Source: Escherichia phage UE-S1. From it: a DNA stretch of 64,000 nucleotides. A model generated the notes under the pieces. The model made no database searches and had not been told where the DNA came from. It saw only the letters and a list, made by a program, of their open reading frames with translations. A program made the translations under genes and the position numbers. Position 1 is the first letter of the stretch. Each line of letters opens with the position of its first letter. Of the stretch, positions 39,291 to 48,217 are shown one piece after another. Location of the stretch: the sequence record ON568341.1; one strand, written 5' to 3'.

Positions 39291-39726
39291 GGAAAGTAAA
39301 TGTATTTCACAAAAAGTTGGTTGTGTTATTGTTAAAAATAATCGAGTATTGAGTACTGGATATAACGGTACACCATCAAAGCAACCTAACTGTTGTGATG
39401 TTAATAAACATCTCGTAAACAATGGTCAATTTCAAAATTGGATTGATGAAGATGCAAAACACTTACATCACGAGTGGAGCAACATTCATGAGATTCATGC
39501 GGAAATGAATGCATTACTATATAGTTCACCACTAGAACGTCAGGGTGCAACACTTTACACCACACTTCAACCGTGCTATACTTGTTCTAAGTTAATCGCT
39601 GGTAGTGGTATTTCTCGTGTAATTTACGAAAAATCTTATCCTCGCACTCCACCAGAAGCTATTAAAGTACTGGAAGATGCTGGGATTATTGTTAATTGCA
39701 TTTATGATAAGGGTCTTGATAAATGA
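39247..39726 (+). CDS. cd: dCMP deaminase (T4 Cd-like)
   Basis: Track ORF 39235; ATG at 39247; ESKC.S.KVG.VI.KN.R..STGYNG, HAE and PCxxC zinc motifs align with recalled T4 Cd. Confidence 0.9.
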   Translation: MKHTTWLKIAEVVAEESKCISQKVGCVIVKNNRVLSTGYNGTPSKQPNCCDVNKHLVNNGQFQNWIDEDAKHLHHEWSNIHEIHAEMNALLYSSPLERQGATLYTTLQPCYTCSKLIAGSGISRVIYEKSYPRTPPEAIKVLEDAGIIVNCIYDKGLDK

Positions 39727-39980
39727 CAGTAATGGTGATTATTGGTTTTTTAGTAATATTGTTATTCATTTTTATTTTATCAATGGTTGTCATTGATGAA
39801 CCTAATAGTTCTGTTAGAAATTATGAAGTTCGTTTTTCGGCACAAAACAATAAGTACTATATTGTAAACTGTGTGCATCGTAGTGAGAAAAAGGTAACTG
39901 GTAGGTTTGGATTTACAATTTATTATAAAGATCGAGTAGAAGCTGATATGATTTGTCAGAAACTTAATACAGTAGAATAA
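39723..39980 (+). CDS. small membrane protein
   Basis: 85 aa; N-terminal TM helix; ATGA overlap. Confidence 0.5.
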   Translation: MTVMVIIGFLVILLFIFILSMVVIDEPNSSVRNYEVRFSAQNNKYYIVNCVHRSEKKVTGRFGFTIYYKDRVEADMICQKLNTVE

Positions 39981-39985
39981 AAAAA

Positions 39986-40007
39986 GGAGCCACATGGCTC
40001 CTTTTTT
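39986..40007. terminator. bidirectional rho-independent terminator
   Basis: A-run, GGAGCCACATGGCTCC hairpin, T-run; lies between convergent + operon and the - strand gene. Confidence 0.65.
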
Positions 40008-40281
40008 ATGTTTTTACGTAATATGTATAGACAATTATGTAGTTTGATTTTGCGAATCATATACATAGTACAAAAACCTTCAACACTTGCTTCTTCATCT
40101 TTCAATTTAATGAAGAACGTATCATCTCTTAGATTATTAAAATATATAGTTTACAGAAAATAACTTCTCACTATTAATTTTAGCACCTGTAATTTCGATA
40201 CCATCAATAGAAAAAGGTTAATGCAATTATACTTCACGAAGGAAAGTGCATGAAAATTATCATGCACTATATTATTAAAAT

Positions 40282-42183
40282 TTACGCACTGATTGTTACA
40301 GTTGCAGTATCTGTTTTATTACCATCAGCAGTAGCCACTGTAATGACTACAGAACCTTCTTCTAGAGCAGTTACTAATCCCTCATCACTAATAGATACTT
40401 TAGTAGGTTCATCTGCACTATAAGTTACTGATTTGTTAGTTGCGTTAGATGGAAGAACTTCTGGAACTAGTTGAACTGTTTTAGTACCTGATAGTGAAAG
40501 TTCAGTAGTTTTAGGTGTTAAACTAACACTGGATACAGGAACTGGAATATTAACAGTAATAACACCTTGACCTGTTTTACCACTTCCATCAGCAGCAGTT
40601 GCGATAATGTTTGCAGTACCATTAGTTAGTGCAGTTACAATACCAGTACTAGCATCAACTTTTGCTACAGCAGGTTCACTAGAAGACCATGTTACAGATT
40701 TATTAGTTGCGTTAGATGGAAGAACTTCAGCAGCCATTGCTTGAGTTGCTTTAACAGCAGTCAATGTTTTAGTTGCTGGAGTAACATTAATAGATGCTAC
40801 AGGAACTGGAATATTAACAGTTACCACGCAAACTTTAGTAAATCCACCATCAGATGTGGTTGCTGTAATATTTGCAGTACCGTTTGCAACAGCAGTGATT
40901 AACCCAGTTGGACTTACCGTTGCGACACCCTCAGCAGAAGTAGTGTATGAAATATCTTTACGACGAGCGTTATCTGGAATAACAGATGCAGTTAATTGTT
41001 GAGTAGCACCTACCGAAGTTAGGGTTGCGGTCAACGGAGTCATATTAATACCAGTTACTGGGATCGTTACATCAATCACTGATTCAGCAGTTTTAGCACC
41101 ATCATCAGTGGTAACAGTAATAGTTGTAGTACCGTTATCAACCGAAGTTACTAGACCAGTATTACTAACTTTTGCTACGTCTGGATATGAAGAAACATAT
41201 GAAACTGCTTTATTGGATGCAGTTGCAGGAGCAACGGTTGTTTCTAATTGTTTAGTATCACCTAATGTTGAGAATGTATAAGTACTAGGAGTCATAGTGA
41301 CACCAGATACCGGTGTTTTCACAGTGATAGTAGTAGTATCAGTTTTAGCACCATCTTCGGTTGTTGCTGTAATCACCACTGTACCGTTAGCAACACCAGT
41401 TACTAGACCAGAAGTAGGGTTAACGGTTGCTACATCAGGTGTTGCTGAAGACCATGTAACGTTTTTATTAGTTGCATCATCAGGAGATACTGTAGCCGTT
41501 AATTGTTGAGTACCGCCAACGTTAATTGTTGCAGTTTTAGGAGAAACAATAACACCACTAACTGGAGTTGTTACGGTAAATGCACAAACATCGGTGAAAC
41601 CACCATCATGAGTAGTAACTGTTACATTTGCATTACCATTAGCACGGGCAATTGCTAAACCAGTTTCAGCATCAACTTCAACTATTGTTGGAGCAGAGGA
41701 ACTATAACTTACTGTTTTATCATTTGCATAATCTGGATCAATTGTAGCTGATAGCTGTTGTGTACTACCAACTTTAAGTGCTACAACTTTAGGTGAAATA
41801 ATAACACCATCAACTGGAGTAGTATAATCACGTTTAACCACACGACCATTGTTCAATTTAATAATACGACCCATATAAAGAGTAGTATATCCCTTACTAA
41901 TCCCATCATCTACATAAATCATGAATGAATTGTCTTGAACCATATTAATTGCGTCTACTGGTTTAACGGAATTTGGAATGTCGATACCACGGGTATCATA
42001 CCAACACATGGAAACTTTGTAATAGATATCACCATTATCATTTATGAGATCATAAACGTTACTGGAACGTTGACGGTTAATATATAAAGTTTCGGTTAAC
42101 ACCTTACCATCGATTTTAGCGACAGAAACTTTAATACCACCAATACCAAATGGCAATTTACCTTCACTAGATATTGCTTTCAT
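40282..42183 (-). CDS. Ig-like (Big_2) repeat protein, putative virion decoration or adhesin
   Basis: 633 aa on minus strand; about 120 aa N-terminal domain followed by about six tandem repeats (VSPKTATINVGGTQQLTATVSPDDATNK..W.S....VATV); TATAAATA motif upstream. Confidence 0.65.
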   Translation of the reverse strand: MKAISSEGKLPFGIGGIKVSVAKIDGKVLTETLYINRQRSSNVYDLINDNGDIYYKVSMCWYDTRGIDIPNSVKPVDAINMVQDNSFMIYVDDGISKGYTTLYMGRIIKLNNGRVVKRDYTTPVDGVIISPKVVALKVGSTQQLSATIDPDYANDKTVSYSSSAPTIVEVDAETGLAIARANGNANVTVTTHDGGFTDVCAFTVTTPVSGVIVSPKTATINVGGTQQLTATVSPDDATNKNVTWSSATPDVATVNPTSGLVTGVANGTVVITATTEDGAKTDTTTITVKTPVSGVTMTPSTYTFSTLGDTKQLETTVAPATASNKAVSYVSSYPDVAKVSNTGLVTSVDNGTTTITVTTDDGAKTAESVIDVTIPVTGINMTPLTATLTSVGATQQLTASVIPDNARRKDISYTTSAEGVATVSPTGLITAVANGTANITATTSDGGFTKVCVVTVNIPVPVASINVTPATKTLTAVKATQAMAAEVLPSNATNKSVTWSSSEPAVAKVDASTGIVTALTNGTANIIATAADGSGKTGQGVITVNIPVPVSSVSLTPKTTELSLSGTKTVQLVPEVLPSNATNKSVTYSADEPTKVSISDEGLVTALEEGSVVITVATADGNKTDTATVTISA

Positions 42184-42219
42184 ATACTTTCCTTTATAAA
42201 TTGTATTGTATTGTTATAT

Positions 42220-42227
42220 TATTTATA
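42220..42227 (-). promoter_or_regulatory. T4-type late promoter motif TATAAATA (minus strand)
   Basis: Reverse complement reads TATAAATA about 40 nt upstream of the minus-strand ATG at 42183. Confidence 0.45.
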
Positions 42228-42493
42228 TTATAACAAAATTATTTTAGTATTAAAAAAGGAGTTCTAATGCTCCTTTAAAATATAAAGGAACATACTGTGT
42301 AAATCTGGTTTGGTCAGGTTAATCTTTCAGAGAGAAGGAAGTAGTGAATGACATTTTATCATTAAAATCATCTCCTTATCTTTAAAATGGAATTGTAAAC
42401 TGCCTCTTAATATGATACCATAGTTCAAATGGTAAATCAATGAACTTAACAAAAAAAACTTGATACTACAGTCATAATTGTTCAGTTTTGTGC

Positions 42494-42522
42494 TTGACAT
42501 AATTAATCAATTATTGTACTAT
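42494..42522 (+). promoter_or_regulatory. sigma70-like promoter candidate
   Basis: TTGACA, 17-nt spacer, TACTAT; 36 nt upstream of the 42558 start. Confidence 0.45.
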
Positions 42523-42557
42523 TAATAATGTTCCTTAACTCAAATCCGAGGTAATTA

Positions 42558-43163
42558 ATGAAACGATTATTGAAAGAGATTATACAAACCGTTGTTATAA
42601 TTGCTGCATTAAACTTTCCTGCGGCGGCAGAAGTTTCAAAAAAAGCATCTGTTTTTCTATTAAATGATCATGTTGGGTCAATTGATGGTGAACTAAATGA
42701 TAAAACTGTACAAGATGTGGAGCAGTTGTGGAAAGAAAAAAAATTTAAAATTTTAACAATTACATCACCTGGTGGTGATTTTGATGCTGGTATTAAAATG
42801 GGAAATTTTGTTAGAGACAATGGTATAAATTTAATTGTTTCTAGATATTGCAATTCAGCATGTACTGTGGTATTCTTTAGTGTGCCCCCTGAAAAGCGAT
42901 ATATGACAAATCAATCAGTACTGGGATTACATAACATTTCGATCAAAAGTAACGTTAGAGATAGGGATAATACCTTTGTATCTGTTAGACAATTATCAAC
43001 ATTTACTGAAGAAATGGCAACAAAAGTAGGATTTTTATTTACACTATATTCAGCTAATGGAATTCCACCTAGCGTTCTATATAGAGTTAGTCGTGCACGT
43101 GGTGAAGATGTTGTTATCTTAACAAAAAAAGACCTAATTCATTACGGTTCGGTAAATCCATAA
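42558..43163 (+). CDS. secreted ClpP-fold (S14/S49-like) protein with N-terminal signal peptide
   Basis: 201 aa; hydrophobic N-terminus ending AAAE; TSPGGDFDAG resembles ClpP NSPGG box; RYCNSACTV at the Ser-box position. Confidence 0.45.
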   Translation: MKRLLKEIIQTVVIIAALNFPAAAEVSKKASVFLLNDHVGSIDGELNDKTVQDVEQLWKEKKFKILTITSPGGDFDAGIKMGNFVRDNGINLIVSRYCNSACTVVFFSVPPEKRYMTNQSVLGLHNISIKSNVRDRDNTFVSVRQLSTFTEEMATKVGFLFTLYSANGIPPSVLYRVSRARGEDVVILTKKDLIHYGSVNP

Positions 43164-43231
43164 AAATAATTATAATAACAGGATGATTATGTTGTTCTTC
43201 CTTTGTTATTAACTATATCGGAAATATAACT

Positions 43232-43492
43232 ATGACAAACATCCAGAATTTGACGTCTATTATTTTTTATGCTACAGTGGTGATGTATACTATTGTACTT
43301 ATTTTAACAGTTTTTATTTACAAAGATTACAAAAAAGGCTTTATTAATAGCTCAACAATGAAGTTCAATTCTAAATTTGAAGCAATTATATTTTATGTTT
43401 TGACAACATCATATTTGTTGTGTATAATGTTATTAGGGTCATTGATTTATATTTTATATACAACATTATTTGCAATTGGAGCTATTTTATGA
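43232..43492 (+). CDS. small membrane protein
   Basis: 86 aa, three hydrophobic segments. Confidence 0.5.
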   Translation: MTNIQNLTSIIFYATVVMYTIVLILTVFIYKDYKKGFINSSTMKFNSKFEAIIFYVLTTSYLLCIMLLGSLIYILYTTLFAIGAIL

Positions 43493-44085
43493 CATGTATT
43501 ATTGCACACACTGATGGTGTAACTTCATTTATTGCAGGGGACAAGATGGGGAGTGATGGTTTTACGAAATCAATCCAAACAGAGCCTAAAGTGTTTGAGA
43601 AAGAATTTGTAAAGATTAGTGGTGATGACGGCTTGACTCGTACAAAAGATGTTATGACAATTGGATTCACTACATCATTTCGTATGGGTCAACTGCTAAC
43701 TTATAATTTAAATTTACCAGACCAAAATTCAAATGAGACGTTTCTACAGTATTTAGTACTGAAAGTTATTCCTATTATTCGTCAAATGTTTAAAGACGAA
43801 TGGGGTGCACGTGATACAACACAAGATGTTGGTGGTGGTCAATTTATTATTTTGCACAATCATAAGATTTATGAAATTCAGGAAGATTTTTCAGTTCTCC
43901 AGGCAAAATCAAGAGTTGCATCAGTTGGTAGTGGTACATATCATGCAATTGCAGCGATGCAAGCATACATTGATCTTGAGAAAGAAACTAACGTACAACT
44001 ACATGAACGTATCAAATCCATTTTCAAAATTGTCAGTGATAATGTGTCGAGTGTAAGCGAAGAGTTTGATGTATTAAAATATTAA
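43489..44085 (+). CDS. HslV-like Ntn-hydrolase peptidase (proteasome beta-type)
   Basis: Track ORF 43420; ATG at 43489 overlaps upstream stop; N-terminus MTCIIAHTDGVTSFIAGDKMGSDG matches HslV MTTIVSV..G...IAGDGQ; SVGSGTYHAIAA matches GSGG.YALAAA. Confidence 0.6.
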   Translation: MTCIIAHTDGVTSFIAGDKMGSDGFTKSIQTEPKVFEKEFVKISGDDGLTRTKDVMTIGFTTSFRMGQLLTYNLNLPDQNSNETFLQYLVLKVIPIIRQMFKDEWGARDTTQDVGGGQFIILHNHKIYEIQEDFSVLQAKSRVASVGSGTYHAIAAMQAYIDLEKETNVQLHERIKSIFKIVSDNVSSVSEEFDVLKY

Positions 44086-44100
44086 AATTATAAGAGAGAA

Positions 44101-44295
44101 ATGATGGCATACACAATTTATGAATGGATTTTGAGTTTTATTATAGTATTTTTTATGGTTGTAATTTACAATAATGCTACATGCTTATATAGAGATTTAA
44201 AATCCAATGGTTATCATGCAAACAATAATTTAATGTATGCCTATCATATTGGAATCATTCTATTATTATCAATATATTTAATTGGTTTTATATAA
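44101..44295 (+). CDS. small membrane protein
   Basis: 64 aa, two hydrophobic segments. Confidence 0.5.
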   Translation: MMAYTIYEWILSFIIVFFMVVIYNNATCLYRDLKSNGYHANNNLMYAYHIGIILLLSIYLIGFI

Positions 44296-44304
44296 GGATT
44301 GCGT

Positions 44305-45057
44305 ATGATATCAGAAAAATTTATAAGTAATGAAGGAAACAAGAGATTACTTATCATCTCAGGAGCAGGTCTTTCCGTTGAAAGTGGGATGGAGCCATTT
44401 CGATTTGATGATGGCTTATGGGATACATTTAAAATTAATGACGTATGTAATATTGCAAATTTAGATACAAAATATCATGTTGTTCATTCGTTTTATAACA
44501 CACTGCGTGTTAAACTGGGTCAATGTGAACCAAATGCAATGCATTATTTTATCAAATCCTTAGAGGATCAATATGGTGATTGTTTCCTTCATATGACCTC
44601 CAACATGGATGATCTTTATACACGTATTGGTGGTAAAGAACTCAAACTTCATGGTAATTTGTGTGAAGTGATAGAAAATTATAGTATTAATGGTGATGAT
44701 TATAACATTGTTAACTGTGGTTATGAGCCATATATACCAAAACATGATGTTTTTGCTAAACCAAATGTAGTGATGATTGGTGAATATCACCGTTACGTTG
44801 ATGGTGTTCGTTTGCCAATATACGAAGAAAGAAATAATGTTTTAAAAACACTTACCGAAAACGATACTGTGATTGTTATTGGAAGTAGCGATACAGTGCT
44901 TGTGTGGTCCAGATTAGCTGCGGCATTGCCCTGTTATAGCGTTAATGTTAACATTCGCAAAAATGATAATGATTTTCTGTTCAATGAAAAAATTATCAAA
45001 CCAGCTACCAAAGCAATACATCAATTAGAGACTATAATTAAGGAACGTATGAAATGA
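44305..45057 (+). CDS. Sir2-family NAD-dependent deacylase / ADP-ribosyltransferase
   Basis: Track ORF 44299 (TTG); ATG at 44305; ISGAGLSVESGMEPFR (GAGIS..SGIP.FR), TSNMDDL (TQNID.L), KLHGNL, VIGSS motifs. Confidence 0.75.
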   Translation: MISEKFISNEGNKRLLIISGAGLSVESGMEPFRFDDGLWDTFKINDVCNIANLDTKYHVVHSFYNTLRVKLGQCEPNAMHYFIKSLEDQYGDCFLHMTSNMDDLYTRIGGKELKLHGNLCEVIENYSINGDDYNIVNCGYEPYIPKHDVFAKPNVVMIGEYHRYVDGVRLPIYEERNNVLKTLTENDTVIVIGSSDTVLVWSRLAAALPCYSVNVNIRKNDNDFLFNEKIIKPATKAIHQLETIIKERMK

Positions 45058-45605
45058 GTGTTAAAGAAGTTCCTTTTGGTGAATATGGTTCACGTGCCAA
45101 TTTTGTATTTTGCTATTTCTTTGCAAGAAAATGTAACCCTTACGAAAATTACGAATTGAATGATATACCAGAAGTAAATTTAGTATTACTCCAATTACGA
45201 TGGGATGGCCTTCTAGGGGGATGTGGTGGGACAGTTGAAAGTACTGATATCTCACTAGAAGATGCGTTACGTCGTGAAATTCAAGAAGAGATGGATTACA
45301 ATATTTTTGTTTCCCATCTTCGACCACTTAAAACTTTTGAAATTTATCCAGGTGCAAACAGTCATAGTTTTAGCTATGAAGTAACCTATGATGAGTTGAA
45401 ACACATTAGAGATGGATACACTAATGCTAAACATGCGAGTGCTGAAGTGGCTGGTGTAAATTTATGTCATATTTCTCGTTATTCTAAGGGACAAAATCGA
45501 GAAGCGGGATATAATAATCTTATGACTCAGAACTTCATTGGTACAGCAAAACAAGAATTGGAGTATCTGGTTCAAAAAGAAAACTTACTAATTAGTTATC
45601 TATAG
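45054..45605 (+). CDS. Nudix hydrolase
   Basis: 183 aa; ATGA overlap with Sir2 gene; Nudix box GGCGGTVESTDISLEDALRREIQEEMDY. Confidence 0.7.
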   Translation: MSVKEVPFGEYGSRANFVFCYFFARKCNPYENYELNDIPEVNLVLLQLRWDGLLGGCGGTVESTDISLEDALRREIQEEMDYNIFVSHLRPLKTFEIYPGANSHSFSYEVTYDELKHIRDGYTNAKHASAEVAGVNLCHISRYSKGQNREAGYNNLMTQNFIGTAKQELEYLVQKENLLISYL

Positions 45606-45614
45606 GAGTTTAAC

Positions 45615-45935
45615 ATGTCTTACTCAATGTTTTTGGATGATATCCGTGATGCAAATCTATATTATCCAAACCAAGATATGGTGGTATGTCGTGACTTTAA
45701 AAGTGCATGTGAATATGTTATTGAAAATGGAATTCCAGCATTTGTATCATTTGACCATGACTTGGGTGATGTGAGCGAAGACGAAAAGACTGGATATTCT
45801 TTTGCTAAGTTTCTTATTGATTATATGTTTGATAATAATATTAAAGAACCGTTTGAGTACTTTGTTCACAGTAGTAATCCTGTTGGTAAAATTAATATTG
45901 AAACATACTTAAACAATGGGTTTAACGCATTATGA
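45615..45935 (+). CDS. hypothetical protein
   Basis: 106 aa; FLDD.R ... VSFDHDLGD pattern, function unknown. Confidence 0.55.
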   Translation: MSYSMFLDDIRDANLYYPNQDMVVCRDFKSACEYVIENGIPAFVSFDHDLGDVSEDEKTGYSFAKFLIDYMFDNNIKEPFEYFVHSSNPVGKINIETYLNNGFNAL

Positions 45936-46234
45936 TTCAAACACACATCAAAAGTCTTATTTGTACTATTCTGTTGGGCACGGGAGTGTTTTTGTTCGGA
46001 CAATATCACGAGAATACTAAGCGTACCAACATTCACTACAATACCGCAGAAGTTGTTAGTTTAGGGCAATGTAGTGAGTCAAAATGTTCGTTTATGTACA
46101 AAACCAGCAATGGTGAAGTACGTAATGGACTATCAAGAGAACCAGTTTCAATTGGTCAACTTGTTTACCAGGAGTGCTGGGAAGAAAAGGTTCGAGGTTC
46201 CCGTTGCTATGTTGAATACGAACCAAATATGTAA
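45932..46234 (+). CDS. hypothetical protein with N-terminal hydrophobic segment
   Basis: 100 aa; ATGA overlap. Confidence 0.5.
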   Translation: MIQTHIKSLICTILLGTGVFLFGQYHENTKRTNIHYNTAEVVSLGQCSESKCSFMYKTSNGEVRNGLSREPVSIGQLVYQECWEEKVRGSRCYVEYEPNM

Positions 46235-46294
46235 TAATCCGAGTCAATAACATTAGTCGAGTACAAGGATGTACTCATAACTCAAGGATGTTTT

Positions 46295-47734
46295 ATGAAA
46301 AAATATACAATTGACACAAACGTACTTCTATCTGACCCTAATGCATCTATTGCGTTTGATGGTGCTGCAATCATTCTACCATTTACTGTTCTAGAAGAAT
46401 TGGATTCAATTAAGAGTCGTAGTGTGGATGTTTCACGAGATGCTCGCGTTGCTATTCGTAACATTGAAGCAATTATTGCAAATGCATCTCATGATGAAAT
46501 TAGTAGTTCTGGTGTTAATATTGCTGATGTTCATACCAATATGAATCCTGACAGCAAATTGTTTGTTATTACAAACGAAGAAGCTGAAGCACTAATTCGT
46601 ACTAAAGGTTCAAACGACAAAGTTCAAACCCTTCTCAAAAGCACTGTACCTGATGATAAAATTATTCTGGTAGCTTTAGCAACCGAATCAGTACTGGTAA
46701 CTCGTGATATCAACATGCGTATCAAAGCACTAAGTTATGGTGTCGAGGTACAAGACTATCGTCATGATATTGTTATTGGTGATAGTGATTTGATTCACAT
46801 TGGTCAACATCATATGGAAATTAATTTTTGGGATGTATATAGCAATTTAACAAATACAAATATTAAAACTGAACAAATCGGTCGTCGATTGTATCATTAC
46901 ATCCCTAAAAGCTTGATTGAGCATTTGCTTCCACAAAATCTATGTATTGGTGATTATCTATATGATGATGCTGATGTATTATTTGTATACGAAGGTCAAT
47001 CAGCCATTGAGGAAGATGATGGTACACTAACACCAGAAGATATTTTGGTATTCCAAGATATTGGTCAATCAGTAGCGTTGCGTACTAAAGTATGGGATAT
47101 TAAAGCAAAGAATATTCAGCAAGCACTTGCCATCAACAGTATTCTCGATCCTGATGTACATCTAACAGTACTACTAGGTTCGGCTGGAACTGGCAAAACA
47201 TTAGTGACGATTGCTACTGCACTAGAGTTAGTACTGGAAAAACGCAAATATGACCGTGTTGTGTTCTCAAAACCACAAGATTCACAATGGGCTGAAATTG
47301 GTTTCTTACCAGGTTCCGAAATGGAAAAAATGCTACCACATTGTGGCCCTGCACTGGATGCATTAGAATTTTTACACAAAGATGATGCCTCACCACAAGG
47401 TAGTATCGAAGAGATTCTTAAACGTAACGTGATGCAATTTAAAGCACTAAACTTTGTGCGTGGACGCTCATTCACTAATACGATTCTTGTAGTTGATGAA
47501 TTCCAAAACATTACACCTGCACAAGCAAAAACTATCTTGACACGAGCAGGATTAAACTGTAAAGTAGTGATTATGGGAAACTTAGCACAGATTGATAGCA
47601 AATTTATCAGTCCAGTAAACAGTGGTTTGACATATGTAACTGAAAAATTCAAAGATTGGAGTGGTTGCCGTATCATTGAATTAGAAGGTGTTGTTCGTTC
47701 ACCACTTGCTGAATTTGCTGAAGAAAATATGTAA
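46295..47734 (+). CDS. phoH: PIN-domain / PhoH-like ATPase
   Basis: 479 aa; N-terminal PIN-like region (IDTNVLL...LEELD); P-loop GSAGTGKT; Walker B VVDEFQN. Confidence 0.85.
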   Translation: MKKYTIDTNVLLSDPNASIAFDGAAIILPFTVLEELDSIKSRSVDVSRDARVAIRNIEAIIANASHDEISSSGVNIADVHTNMNPDSKLFVITNEEAEALIRTKGSNDKVQTLLKSTVPDDKIILVALATESVLVTRDINMRIKALSYGVEVQDYRHDIVIGDSDLIHIGQHHMEINFWDVYSNLTNTNIKTEQIGRRLYHYIPKSLIEHLLPQNLCIGDYLYDDADVLFVYEGQSAIEEDDGTLTPEDILVFQDIGQSVALRTKVWDIKAKNIQQALAINSILDPDVHLTVLLGSAGTGKTLVTIATALELVLEKRKYDRVVFSKPQDSQWAEIGFLPGSEMEKMLPHCGPALDALEFLHKDDASPQGSIEEILKRNVMQFKALNFVRGRSFTNTILVVDEFQNITPAQAKTILTRAGLNCKVVIMGNLAQIDSKFISPVNSGLTYVTEKFKDWSGCRIIELEGVVRSPLAEFAEENM

Positions 47735-47739
47735 TATAG

Positions 47740-47771
47740 TATGGGACGTACTGTCCCATACATGATATAAT
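47740..47771 (+). promoter_or_regulatory. hairpin plus TGATATAAT extended -10 element
   Basis: TATGGGACGTACTGTCCCATA hairpin directly followed by TGATATAAT; upstream of the 47803 gene. Confidence 0.4.
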
Positions 47772-47802
47772 GTTGATATCATAATACAAAAGGAGATATA
47801 AA

Positions 47803-47991
47803 ATGGCTAAACAACCTAAGAAAAAAGAACCAGTAGCTAAAGTTAAAAAAGAAAAAGTTATTCAATCCAAAGAACAACGTCTGTACGAACAACGTAAGAG
47901 TGAAACACTATCTGGACTACAAGCTCTACGTAAACAAGGTATTCTAACTCGTGCACAATATCGTGAACTAGTATCTATGAAAGGCTTTTGA
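47803..47991 (+). CDS. small Lys-rich protein
   Basis: 62 aa; AAGGAG RBS; MAKQPKKKEPVAKVKKEK... Confidence 0.55.
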   Translation: MAKQPKKKEPVAKVKKEKVIQSKEQRLYEQRKSETLSGLQALRKQGILTRAQYRELVSMKGF

Positions 47992-48084
47992 TTCATTTGA
48001 AGCAATATTATGGAGTTCTTAATAAATACTTTTATAAGAATAATAATACTTTTTATTAAATTAAAAAGAACTCCATGTGTTATT

Positions 48085-48112
48085 TCAGTTTTTTATCCCT
48101 GTCAATTGGCAG
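48085..48112 (+). terminator. rho-independent terminator
   Basis: ATCCCTG-TCAATTGG-CAGGGAT hairpin followed by TTTTTT. Confidence 0.6.
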
Positions 48113-48217
48113 GGATTTTTTCTATCTCTATCTTGACAAAAGGTTTAAAACATGAGAACATACATTAAAGGTAGAATGACATTCCATTAGGTTATTTTTA
48201 ACTTAAAGGAGATATAT

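Noticed and set aside
41297-41509. 70 aa plus-strand ORF
   Set aside because: Antisense to the Big_2 repeat gene; its Val/Thr-rich translation mirrors the repeat codons.
47116-47763. 215 aa minus-strand ORF
   Set aside because: Lies entirely antisense to the PhoH-like gene, which has clear P-loop and Walker B motifs; likely a spurious antisense ORF.
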